A stretch of DNA of 63,410 bases, filler included, from Folioceros fuciformis (taxonomy: Eukaryota), in assembly GCA_049999805.1 (NCBI GenBank). It is 4 parts of 4 records of this genome, joined end to end, with 100 filler letters (N's around TTAATTAATTAA, not from the genome) between each part and the next. Parts side by side here need not be neighbours in the genome. Positions count along the whole stretch, not along the records: positions 1 to 26,896 come from JBNGIO010006003.1; positions 26,997 to 42,250 come from JBNGIO010006004.1; 2 more parts are not named here. One strand, 5' to 3'. Positions 21,889 to 34,001 of this stretch are shown piece by piece. The first letter of the stretch is position 1; the number at the start of each line of letters is the position of its first letter. The notes under the pieces were generated by a model that made no database searches, was not told the origin of the DNA, and was given only the letters and a program-made list of their open reading frames with translations. Position numbers and translations under genes: made by a program.

Positions 21889-24800
21889 CTAGTTAGTTTG
21901 AAGGGCTTTAACATAAAGATTATGCAAGTTTTCCAATCTCGCAAGCCAGACCGCCCTATCTAGTCCTAAGTCTTCCACCTTATCATCATCCTCCTCCGAG
22001 TCGGCTCCCCTACTATCCATGGAGTATGCATACCACCCTTCCCCTCCTAAGGCTGGTTGTTGCCTTAAGACCTGTTGCACCTTTTCCTCCAGTCCCTCGT
22101 GCAACCACAAAAAGATGAGTCTGACATGCCGGGCCCTTAAACCAAACTCCCCTTTGATCTCTTCTATCTCCTTCTACCGAGACTCAGATCTATTCCATAG
22201 ATGCCTCAGTTGGATAACGCCTCTCCGATAGGCTAACCCAAAAATTTGTGACCATATACCCTTGACCTGAACTCCTACACCCACAACCTCGAGAACCCCT
22301 GCAAACGAATACCAAGAACATCATCCGCACATGAAAATTCACCTAGAGTAATGTATCATTTAACCTCCAAGTAACTGCTCCAGATGGACTTGAGGAGTGG
22401 GGAGCATCGTGCAGTGTTGAGAATCAGTTTGTCGGCCAGAATGTTGTCGATAGATCTTCTTCCCCGGGGGACAGCCTGGGTGCAGTCCATATGTTGTGTT
22501 AGAAGGCTCTTCCAAGGATAGTACGTCGGATCGGCTGCTCTGACAACCCACTGGGCATGCAACACTTTCATCTTGGCAACCGGGTCCACCACCCCAAGAC
22601 CCCCCGACCCACGTGCCTGAATAATATGCTGCCAAGCCGCTTTAGAACACCCAACCATACTATCCCCCGAACGCTTCCACAGAAAGGAGGTCAACACCTG
22701 TTGTAAGCGTTTCACCTCTAACTTGGAAGGGACCCATAAGAGCAGATAGTACCATAAAGAGGCAGTAAGGATATGATTAATCACCACCAGCCTACCTGCC
22801 AGATTGAGCTCCAGTAGCTGAAGACTATCCGCTTTGCGAATAAACCTGAGGCATACGTACTTCCCAATCTCCTCATTCTCATCTTCCTCTTGAAACGGAA
22901 GCCCCAAATACTTGTGAGTTGAACCCGGAGTCACTTGCCTAATGTAGTTCATGCATTGAGGAATCTCCCCGTCCAAGTGGAGACACATCATGCACGTCTT
23001 ACTCCAGTTCACCTTACAACCAAATAGTTCGCCAAAGACCTTGACCTGTTGGAGCAGCGCTTTCAATGAGGCCTCCTCAGCCAAAGAAAAGAGTAGAGTA
23101 TCATCTGCAAATGCAGAGACCCTCAACTGCGTTCCATCAGGGTTCCGAATTCCCACCATTGCTGGGTCTTGCTTGACTGCTCTGAGAGAGAAGTCAATGA
23201 CGATAATAAATAAGAATGGAGCAAGGGGGCAACCTTGACGTACCAACCGAGAGATGCCAAAGCATTCCGTAAAGGACCCATTTACAGCCACCTTGGCTCC
23301 TGCGTCTTCACACAAAATGGCTATTCATCTGCAGAAATTGTTCCCAAGCCCAAAGCTACGCAAACATCACCACAGGAAATGCAATTCAACAGAATCATAA
23401 GCCTTGTAAAAGTCAAGGGAAATGAAGATGGCGGCTTTCTTCTGTACCTGAGAGTCATACTTGGCTTCCCTCAGGAGTAATAGGTTGTCCAGGATGCACC
23501 TGTTTTGAATAAACCCTCACTGTTCTTTCTCAATCCAGTCATCAAGAAAGGGACTAATTCGATTAGCCAATACCTTAGCAATCACCTTGTATGTGCACGT
23601 GAGCAAGGTAATTGGGCGCCAATTGGAGATTGAAAGGCTGGCATCTTGCTTAGGGAGTAGGGAAACTCCCCATGCTACCTTCTTCCCAAAACATACTAAC
23701 GGCTTCCATGAATAACGGTTGCATAAATTCCCACCCCCACAGCAGGAACTCGGGAGGGATGCCATCGTGTCCTGGGGATTTATCCCTCAGCATCCCCTTC
23801 GGGGCCTGGAACACCTCGTCAACAGTTATCGGCTTATCCAAATCCCTGCGCAGGTTAGCACACACTTTAGCCGAAAGTGCACCATAAGAAGAAGACCAAA
23901 GCCGTTCCCACCCTGCCGCCTTCCCAACACTTGAGAATCTGCCAACAAAAAAGAGGGTAATAAGAGCTTTTAGAGCTTCAAGCAATTCCTGCACCACGCC
24001 ACACGCGTCTGGAAGGGCTGGAATTCGCGTCCTATGTCGGTTAGAAGTCACCTTGTCGAAGAAGAACTTAGAGGGGTCGTCCCCCTCCCTCACCCACTTG
24101 ACTTTGGCCCGCTTAAACCAACCTCTCGCCCTGTCTTCTTCCAACTTGGCCAAAGCGCACTGCACCTTCGTTTTCCTGGCCTCCTCCGCACATGTGAGCT
24201 CCCGGCCTTCACAGCTCCTCTGTAATCAGCATAGGTCCTCCCTCAAAAAACAATCTTGTTGGCGTCGTTCTCGCGCTCGTTGAACCCCTAATCTCCTTAA
24301 ATACCTAGTCACCTCATTGTTAGCACACATCAATTTGACTGCCGCGTTATCTTCCCCCTACTCAACTCCCTGCCAGATACTTTTGATATCTTCAAAGACC
24401 CCTTTTTCCTTCAGTAAGGATGTGTTCATCCGAAAATTTTGCATAAACCTCCTTGGGCGCACACCCTCTGGCGCAAGCCCCAAGTGCAAGGTAATAGGAT
24501 GGTGGTTGGAAAGGATCGTACCAGCAAGAATACTGTATGACTGTACGAAGGCCAACCACCCTGAGGGTAGATAAAACCTGTCCAACCGGCGCGCTCCCAA
24601 ATTCTGTTGTTGTTGATTGGACCAACTAAACATCAAGGACTGAGGGTGGCGATGAGCCGGGAGGGCCACCCAGGGATCCTGCACAGCCAGGACCGTGTCT
24701 CTCAACTCCTACCAAGACATAGGCACCGCCCGGATATCTCTTGGGCTCTCCCCTCGAATGTCCTCACGACATTCAACAAAGTTGAAGTCACCCACCAACA

Positions 24801-24903
24801 TCCTCGGGATCTGCTTATCGAGTTGATCCCCCAACCTACACCAAAGGATGCTCCTATAAACAACGGCATTAGGAGCGTAAATATTGCAGATACAAACTGG
24901 GCC
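21889..24903 (-). mobile_element. Decayed non-LTR (LINE, L1/Tx1-like) ORF2: AP endonuclease plus reverse transcriptase
   Basis: Endonuclease motifs NIYAPN, GDFN, RLDRFY, SNHHPI. RT motifs KSPGHDG, NWRPITLL, RQGCPLAP, FADD, KYLG. Several frameshifts and stops. Confidence 0.9.
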
Positions 24904-25802
24904 TTATTTGCCTGTGATCTCTTGATCCAGGGCGTCAAGTCTCTTCATGATTTTCTGGAGCTGGTCCTCTATGGTGGTGCCGGTACTCTGCTGCGAAGTT
25001 CCTTCCTCCGTCGTTCTCACGACTTGAGGATCCGCCTGTGGCTCTTCCACAACAGCTTCGGTAAGCGGGGCCTTATCTAGCCTACGGCGTACCCTCTCCT
25101 CTCTGCCTGGCTCAGTAGGATTTGTCATCGTTAACTAGCGTACTAGTCAAAGATGCTTCAACCTATGCTATGATACCAACAAGTAACACCCCCTTCAGTG
25201 GGGTGGGGCAGAACCACACAGTTAGAAGCAAAGGCAAGAGTTAGTAATTAAACACCAAACACATCACTAGGCCTCCAAGTAGCCGGCCCTCCTCTTCTAT
25301 GAGGACTCGCAGCCAGCAGCACCCTTGCTGCTGCTCTCTATTCAAATCACGAGTCAACAAGAACATACAGAGCTGGAGGGCTAAAGAGAACTCCCCATCT
25401 TTGCCTAAGCTAGGACCTTAGTTCTCCCTTCTCTTAACCTCCTCCCACAGCTCCTTCACAGCACACCTCTCATGTGCTCACAGCACACCTCTCATGTGCT
25501 CACAGCCCAAGCAACACATGCTCTCAAGGCGTAGCCCAAGCACCTAGTGCTCTCAAGGCTTTGAGGAGATACTGATCTCAACTCCACTGTACTAAACTGT
25601 CCTTAGCCCTTGGCTAGGTCCCCTTATTATACACAAGCTATAGTCTTTAACTTAGTAACTACATACTTAAGCCTTAAGCTATTGTTCACTACCACACACT
25701 TTTCCTAGGGCTGCATGCTTCTCATGCTCTTAGTAACCTGCTCTGCTAAACATGCCTCTGCATGGAGCTTTCTTACTTGGCACTCAAACCAACGTTGTTA
25801 CT
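24904..25802 (-). mobile_element. LTR (25182-25802), Met-tRNA PBS (about 25167-25178) and gag-like N-terminus (25128-24904)
   Basis: Minus-strand TGGTATCATAGC PBS; 7-bp inverted termini AGTAACA...TGTTACT; G8A polypurine tract at 25803-25811. Confidence 0.6.
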
Positions 25803-26896
25803 TCCCCCCCCACTAGGAAAGAATCATTGCCCTTAGTGATAACCAGTGTAACGATCAATCATCGAGGAGCCTCTCTGGATATCCTCTAATGTTACCCAAA
25901 CTGGTGTTGAGATCCCACGCAACTTTACCATGTACTGTGGTAGAGTTCTGTTAGATTAGGTCATGAGCAGCCTTATCCAAGTTATTTAATTAGGGCTTGT
26001 TTGTTTGACACTCTAGATAGTATCTCACTGGTCACGTCTTTAGGAAATGCATGTTCAGGTCACAATGGTTTGGACGGGCACCGTACCCCTAGTTCTCACC
26101 ACGGGATCCTTTCTTAATCATCTTTGTTTTCATCTTTATCGAACTTCCTACATTCATAGCCTATTCATTGAATTTGTATCAGAGCCGTATGTAACTTCTT
26201 ACATCCTGGGAGATGGCCACTCAGTCTAAGAAAGTCAACCGTATTATCGGCTGTTATTCAGAACTTTGCTGGACTCCATCATGCTAAGGCCACTTCTCTT
26301 AGATAGCACCTTAGGAGTACTTGAAAATGCCTAACCGAAGGCATTACTCCGCAAGGACGCATTCTCGGTCGAGTTTAGAACACATTTCCTGCAACAGTAC
26401 ACGCGGCAGGCAGTCAATTCATGCACACACTGATTACAATTTTACAGATTCAGTTCTTGCACGAATACCTGCATCTGTTCAAAATTGCTGCTCATCTGTT
26501 GCTGTCATCCATTGTCTAACCTCAGACATGCTAGGCTTATATTGGACGCAGCAATTCGTGATAACCACTTGATCACAAAATCCAAGGTTAGCGGCCTCCT
26601 TTCTCAATCTAATCCAGATAGTTACATCTTGCAAAAAATCCGATCTCGATAGATTAGAGAACCAATTAATTGACTTGCACATTTTGGTAGAAAGGCTGCA
26701 TTACGTCTTCATCAACGAATTGCAAGCAGTGTCCAGTATCGCTGTAGCCAAGAAAAACATGTGTGAGTCGGAGCAAGCTCTATCCTCCTCCACCCTCTGA
26801 TCCGGGAGGCATATCCAAACCACTGGAAGCCAAGGGGACTTGGCACGCATCTGCCAATCCTCCCCAAGAAAAAGACAATCAAGATGTCTAGTGGAA

Positions 26897-26996
26897 NNNN
26901 NNNNNNNNNNNNNNNNNNNNNNNNNNNNNNNNNNNNNNNNTTAATTAATTAANNNNNNNNNNNNNNNNNNNNNNNNNNNNNNNNNNNNNNNNNNNN
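26897..26996. other. Artificial assembly spacer N44-TTAATTAATTAA-N44
   Basis: Exactly 100 nt with stops in all six frames; identical to the spacers at 42251 and 57104. Confidence 0.97.
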
Positions 26997-27077
26997 GGGT
27001 CAGGGAAAGGAAAGGGGAAATTTGCAGCCACTGCCGCGAGTGGCAAAGGCAAGAAGCAGAAAAGGGGTAGACGATAG
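26997..27077 (+). CDS. RRS1: 3' end of a second RRS1 copy, truncated by the gap
   Basis: Matches 35742-35822 with one mismatch ([26 protein letters not shown]). Confidence 0.7.
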   Translation, partial: GSGKGKGKFAATAASGKGKKQKRGRR

Positions 27078-29130
27078 TTGCACACACGCTAGAGTCTTAC
27101 TGGAACAGTTTGATCATCTTTGAATGGAAGGTTATCAATTGCTCAGTGCGAAGAGAATGTACAGTCGGGAACTAAAGCACCGAAGCAGACACAAGTTGGA
27201 AACTGAGGTTGGAATGTTGGCTAGATGGTGCCCAAGAGAGCTCCGGCACTTGGGCACAGCTTACACATGGGTGAAGCTGCCGCTGGGGATCACAGCAGCG
27301 ACATTTCCAGAGCAGTTTCCTTGCGGCTCTTTCGAATGCTTTGCTCTGGATGTGATGTTTTTGATGGGAATGAATTAGCTACATAGACTGAAGTATAGAT
27401 TACACCGGAGTCGTGAATTACATTTCGGTATGAGGGGAATAAAGTCCGTCAAGGCACGGCTGTACCACTGAAATGTAGTAGTTTGCACCCTGCACTGTTG
27501 TGTGAACAGTCTGTCTGCGCCCACTTGTAGGGGAGGCTGATGACGCTTTGAGATGCCAATGGTTGTTGAGTCTGTTGGTGACGCTAACGCAGCCGACGCG
27601 TGGCGATCTCGTACTCGTGCCATGGCTTTCCTGCCAGCACGAGGCGTGAGGCGCAGGTTTGCAAAGCACAGGAATTTGCTTCGCGTTGGTCTCAAGCAGA
27701 GGAGGCAGTGACGCCGAACAAGATCAGCTAGACTGTGGGACGACCCGCTATGGACCGTCTCGGCATCTACCTGACGTTCAGGCATGTCGAAGTCCGGAAT
27801 GGCACAACCGTTCTGTGGTACCGATAGAGATCCCAACCCATCAATTGATGCCCGACGTGGTTGTTAGATATCTAGGATATCAGAAATTCTCGCTGCAGAG
27901 CCCACAACCTGGAAGTGATATGGGACAGGTGGAGGACTCCGAGACCCTCGAGTGGCCTCACCTGAAGTTGTCCACGGTACTTCCAGGCAGAGCTCCAGAT
28001 CCGGCACCCCCAGCAGGAGACCTCAGGTTGCATTGTCCGTCTCGATCAAGACAGGCCCCTGCATCCAGAGGACGGCAGCATGGCACCCCCGCGTGAGGGT
28101 AGTTGGATGGTTCGACACCGCTTGCTTTGAAGTTTCGAGTGGCCTGATGGTTCACGTTGGCTGCATTCCAGGACCTTCAAAATTCTGCTATGTGGTACTC
28201 TCTTGACCCTCAGGAGAAAAGCTGACATCAGAGAAGCCAACACCCTGTGGGCCCGTTACACTCGTAGGAGCCCCGACATCTGCCCACATATCCACCCCGT
28301 CTACAAAGTGCTTCCTTGGCAGTGTCCCTCACGGAGATTGCATCGCTCGCAACCCATTCAGGTGTACCTTCGATGCTCTGCTACTCCGTGCTCAAGTCGA
28401 AGGAAGGAAAGACGGGGCGGCGGCGCATGCCTCTCGGATCCATGTCCATGAGCCACAAGACACCTGGAATCTTCGTAGCAAACACTTGGCATCGTGGAGT
28501 TTCTCTAATTTGGGCACCACCACATCTCGGACACTGTTGCCACTGTGTGCTCGTTTGCCCTCTCTAAAATTGAAGGTACCACCCGGCCTCCTTCGGTCAA
28601 ATGCACAACCTCGTTCCTGGAAATGGAGCCTTGCCGCGTGATGTTTGACACCAACTATCCTACTCTCGCTATATATTGTACCTTGTCCACGTGAAGCCAT
28701 GGCCAGTGGGTCTTGTAACATATGAATAGCACGAACCTCCCATAAAAGCACCTGCGGGTGCTTCCTCGTGCGCGTTTGGAGACGACCCCGTCAGCAGTCT
28801 TTCTTCTCCTCGATGCATTTGAAGTCTGAGAAGACGTCAAAGGTCTGCAACATCTGATTGGGCACTTGATGAATTCTGAATGTCAGATGGGTCTTTAATC
28901 TAGTACCAATTGCGTAGTACATCCAAAAGAGTTTGAAGCAGAAATCCTTGCTTGAACTCATTTTCGACAACGAGAGCTGGCCAGGGTGTGGGAGACAACA
29001 AGTCTCATGTGAGTATGTGTTATGGGTAGGCCATTCCGGGTCTCCAACCTCTCCTCCTAGTTGCTTACCGTGAACGGAAGTGAAGGCACAAGCAGTCGAG
29101 CACCCGGGTCTCTTCACTTCGTAATAGGCT
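26997..29130 (+). repeat. Segmental duplication copy 1 (paralogous to 35742-39130)
   Basis: Colinear blocks, e.g. GCAGCCGACGCGTGGCGATCTC, TCCAGGCAGAGCTCCAGATCCGGCACCCCC, GCCTCTCGGATCCATGTCCATG. Confidence 0.9.
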
Positions 29131-29174
29131 GTGGTTGCAGCCAGCGTGGGTTGATGAAGATTAGACTCGTTTTC

Positions 29175-30230
29175 ATGGATATGCGGATGGGTCATGGTTC
29201 TCCTCCACCCGGGTCCAGCTCTTCGAGTGAGCCGGGTAGGCGTGCAGGATGGGACGTGGGTTTGACAACTGTGAGCACATTACGTGAGCAGGGGAAGCTT
29301 TCAGAGGCCGTTGGAGTCCTGGAATCTTTGGGGGCACACGGATTCTGCTGTTCCTCAGACCCTGCTTTGCACTGTGCTGAAATTGTGTACATCTGAGAAG
29401 GATCTGGCTGTGGAGCGATGAGTTCATGACCTCACTGTCAAACGTGGGTTCGTAACGAGGCGAATGCATACCTGGGGAATCATAGTCTGCGCATGCATTC
29501 AGGTGGAGGTAGGCTAGGAGAGGCCATAGATGTGTTCACCAGAGTAGGCAAACCAGATGTTATCACGTGGGGTTCCATCAGCTCTGCATATGCCAAGCAT
29601 GTGAAGCCTAAAGAGGCCATACAACTGTCCCATGAGATGTGTATGTCAGGGGTGAGGGCGAATGATCATGTCTTTGTGGCTGCCCTTCAAGCCTGTACAT
29701 TTGCTGCGGACTTGGAGTCCGGCAGGAAAGTGCACTTCGACGTATTGCAGGGTGCCATTCCCACTAACTTGTTTGTTGACAACGGAAGGGCCTGGTGGAC
29801 ATGAATGCAAAATGTGGCGCACTGAAAGATGTACGCCAGCTGGTTGACAGCATGGCTACAGAAGGGCGTGGTAACATGGAAGGCCCTGATATCTGGTTGT
29901 ATGAGCTGAAACATGCATGTGGCTTTTTCGACAGCATGACGGTGAAGATTGTGGTGACATGCACGGCTCTGATTGGTCTCGGCCATTGGAACAAGGCCAC
30001 ATTTTGGCTAACCATGTCACTTTTTCTTGCCTCCTGAAGGCCTGTGCAAGAACTGGTGCCTTGGAGAAGGGCAGGCAGCTACACTCACTGATTGTGGAAA
30101 GAGGACTGCTGGATAACGTGGTGTTGGACAACTGCTTGCTGGACATGAATGCAAAATCTGGCACACTGGAAGATGCATGTCCAGCGTTTAACAACATGAC
30201 CACAAAGGATGTTGCCATGTGGAATATGCG
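29175..30230 (+). pseudogene. PLS-PPR pseudogene
   Basis: Fragments LREQGKLSEAVGVL, DVITWGSISSAY, VFVAALQAC, TFSCLLKACARTGALEKGRQLH, LLDMNAKSG are split by frameshifts and stops, and the gene ends abruptly at VAMWNM. Confidence 0.85.
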
Positions 30231-30413
30231 TGTCCTTAGAGATAAGTTGTCTTTTCATAATAAGTATTTTATGATTTTCTTTATATATATATATATATAT
30301 ATATAATAGCAAGAATTATATGTATTTATTCATTTTATATATTTTATTAATCTATACAGTCTTATAATCTAAGACTATGAGTTTTTTTTTCAACGTAGAT
30401 GCTATTCTTAAAA

Positions 30414-33400
30414 TTACTTAATTAATTTTGTACGCTTGGGATTAGACAGAGGTTGTATTTCTTCTCCCATAGTATGTTTCAAATTGGATTTAGATTGGAG
30501 GTGTAGACTTTGTTGATGCATTATGTATCCTTCATCGACTTCATGTTGTTGATGTTGGTGTGGTTGCAAGTTATCCCCTTGGTGAAGTTGTTGCTCTAGA
30601 TCATGGTCTGCAACCATATTCATCATGAAATCGTGCAAGTCCAAGTCATCGACATGGGGATCCTCCAAGTTACTAGAAGATGCATAGTCCCTTTCATCCA
30701 CACGTAGAGCTTGCCGAACCCCATCAACTTGTTGTTGCTGAATTCCCAAAACAGGTTGAATTCCTGAAGCTTGTTCTACTTGAGGGTAATTTTGAGGTAC
30801 CTCATATATGTCATAGTCCCTTTCATCGACATGGGTAGCTTGCTGAACCTCATCAACTTGATTTTGTTGAATTCCCGAAACTAGTTGAATTTCTGAAGCT
30901 TGTTCTACTTGAAGGTAATTTTGATGTACATACCCTGTGTCAAAGTCCCATTCATCGATATAGGGAGCTTGTTGAACCTCATCAACTTGCTGTTGTTGAA
31001 TTCCTGAAACTAGTTGAATTTCTGAAGCTTGTTCTACTTGAAGGTCATTTTGAGGTACATCAAACCCTGTGTTAAAGTCCCATTCATTGACATCGGGAGC
31101 TTGCTGAACCCCATCAACTTGATGTTGTTGAATTCCTGAAACTAGTTGAATTTCTGAAGCTTGTTCAACTTGAAGGTCATTTTGAGGTACATCAAACCCT
31201 GTGTCAAAGTCCCATTCATCGACATGGGGAGCTTGCTGAACCTCATCAACTTGATATTGTTGAATTCCTGAATCTAGTTGAATTTCTGAAGCTTGTTCTA
31301 CTTGAAGGTAATTTTGAGGTACATCATACCCTGTGTCACAATTCCATTCATCGACATGGGGAGCTTGCTGAACCTCATCAACTTGTTGTTGTTCTACTTG
31401 AAGGTAATTTTGAGGTTCATCATACTCTGTGTCATAGTTACATTCATCAACATGGGGAGCTTGGAGAACCTCATCAACTTGTTGTTGTTCTACTTGAAGG
31501 TAATTTTGAGGTACATCATACTCTGTGTCATAGTTCCATTCATTGACATGGGGAGCTTGTTGAACCTCATCAACTTGTTGAATTCCCGAAACTAGTTGAA
31601 TTCCTGAAACATGTTCTACTTGAGCGTAATTTTCAGGTACATCATACTCTGTGTCTTGTACCCATTTGGACATCAACTGTGTTAGAGATGTAGTACGACT
31701 AGCATGCTCTATGCGCAGCTTGTCTAGGCTTACGGACACCATCTTGATTTGCTCCTCCTTCTCACCAATTGCCTTTCTTATCTCAACCTGACTCATTTTA
31801 GCCAGACAAGCATACTTCCTCATGCGTTTTGCATCATCAATTCTGGTTTGGGTCTTCATATTGGATGCTTGTAACTAGAGGAGAATAGACAAACAATGTA
31901 TCCCAAGTTAAAAATAAGTAGGAAACACACACCAAAACATGCATGACCATAATCCATTGTGTGTAGTGCTAAAGTAATTGCAATAACATGAAAAACAGAA
32001 AAACTTACTTGTTGAAGTTCTTGTTTCATTTTCTCAATGATGGCTTGCATGAATCCCCTCTCATCCAATTTCTTCTTCTTTTGTTGTTCATTGGAAACTG
32101 CTTTGTAACGATAAAGAACATGCTCCACACTCGGATGTCCCCAAACTATATTCACATTATTTTTATTCTTTGCGGTTTGGACACCGTTACAAATCAGACA
32201 TACCTCTACGTCACATAGTTTACTCAACTCGGTCGCCTTTTTCAATACACCCTTGCTGCGCTTTCCATAGGTGATATACCGTTGTTGTTCATTCACAATG
32301 GGCTGGATAATAATCTTAGATCGAGTAGGTTTGGGTGCAGCCAGCTTCAAATCGTCAATGTATGTAGCTTTCTCTTTGCCTTTGCCTTTACCTCCATAGT
32401 TAGGCCGGGCTGTTCCCACACCTTCTTCATCACTTTCTTCGTCCTTCCCTCCATAGCTCGGTTCACCAGCTTCCTCATCTTCTCCATCTCCATCACTTGT
32501 TTGTTCTAGATCTACACCTCCTCCATCACAAGAGGTCTCTCCATGTGCCCTAGAAGATGAGGGCTCATCATCCACCCTACAAGAGGCCCCTATGCTTGCC
32601 CCATATTGGGTCCCCACATTCTGCACATATGAAGTCCTCTCACCCGGCCTATAAGAGGCATTCATGTTGTTCGAGGTCCCCATGTATGCCGCCCCATGGG
32701 AGGGGCCCATGTGTGACCCATACGAGGTCGCCACATACGATGTCCCCACGTATGGGCCATGGGGGAGACCCATGCCTGGCCCATACGAGGCCGCCCCATA
32801 TGGGGTCCCTGCACCCTCCCTATACGGAGTCCTCTTGTTCGGCCTATGCAAGGCATTCATCTCATACGGGGTTCCCATGGATTGGCCGACATGGGAGACG
32901 ACCATAGGTGGCCTATGCAAGGCGTTCATCTCATGCGGGGTCCCCATGGATGGGCCGACATGGGAGACGCCCATGGGTGGCCTATGCAAGGCGTTCATCT
33001 CATTCGGGGTCCCCATGGATGGGCCGACATGGGAGACGCCCATGGGTGGCTTATACGAGGCCGCCCCGTATGGATTCCCTGCACCCTCCATATACGGGGT
33101 CCTCTCGTACGGCCTATGCAAGGCATTCATGTCGTATGGGGCCTGTACATATGGGCCATGGGAGGGGCCCATGTTTGGGTGATACGAGGCCGGCCCATAC
33201 GGGGTTCCCATGCCCTCCCTATACGGGGGCCTCTCGTACGGCCTACATGAGGCATTCATGTTGTATGGGGTCCCCATGTATGCCCCATGCGAGGGGCCCA
33301 TGCTGGGTTGATATAACGTTGCTCCATGTGGGGTTCCCATGCTCTCCCCATGAGGGGTTGTCCCGTACGGCCCTGGTTGGTAAATCTGAGGTAATTTAGG

Positions 33401-33439
33401 GTTTCCATTCACATTGCCTTCTCCGTTTACTCCCGCCAT
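30414..33439 (-). CDS. Type I (SRF-like, M-gamma/AGL80-like) MADS-box protein with N- and C-terminal tandem repeats; exons 33439-32009 and 31874-30414, about 963 aa
   Basis: MADS domain TRSKIIIQPIVNEQQRYITYGKRSKGVLKKATELSKLCDVEVCLIC (about 32326-32190), followed by VEHVLYRY..KKLDERGFM. A GTAAGT...CTCTAG 134-bp phase-0 intron joins the two ORFs in frame (ELQQ|LQASNMKT). Confidence 0.8.
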
Positions 33440-34001
33440 GGTGACTGCTAAGTTAAGTATTTTGTCTACAAGGATCATAAAGAGCACGAATGAAAATGAT
33501 TTGAACGTGAAACTCAAATGTATAGCTCCTTTTATGGGCCACACCAACAGATACTTTAAGAAAGGGAAAGAAGCCTAGCATAATCCATAATAAGTATAGA
33601 GACAAGGTTTATATAGACTAAGAAGATAATACTAATATAATACTACTACAATATAGACCTCTAGCTGTAAATAGTAATGTACTATTAATCTTAAAATCTA
33701 CTATTCCTGTAATTCACTCCTTCTAAGAGACCATGGCCAGCTTGAATTCAGACAAGGTGCTCTAAGGCATTCAGTCCACTCCGACTCCGATTGTGATTGG
33801 CAATTTGGAAGTTGTATGATGTCGAGGATGGAGGGGAGTTGCCAAGCATGCCCAATGTATGGATAGATAGGTCTGGTACCGTTGGTTTTGGGTGTCTAGA
33901 ACAAATACCGAGTAGTGGTGTCATGTCGTGATTAATTTTGAGGGCTGGGAAGCCGCGGTGTGAAGGGTGCTGCGAGCTGTACTCTTTGCTCGTGGCGAAC
34001 C

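Noticed and set aside
27124-27378. MEGYQLLS... ORF also present at 35869-36189
   Set aside because: Lies in the RRS1 3' UTR. The similarity reflects the DNA duplication and the C-termini differ.
32557-33399. Several long plus-strand ORFs opposite the MADS N-terminal repeats
   Set aside because: Antisense frames of a GC-rich tandem repeat that happens to lack stops.
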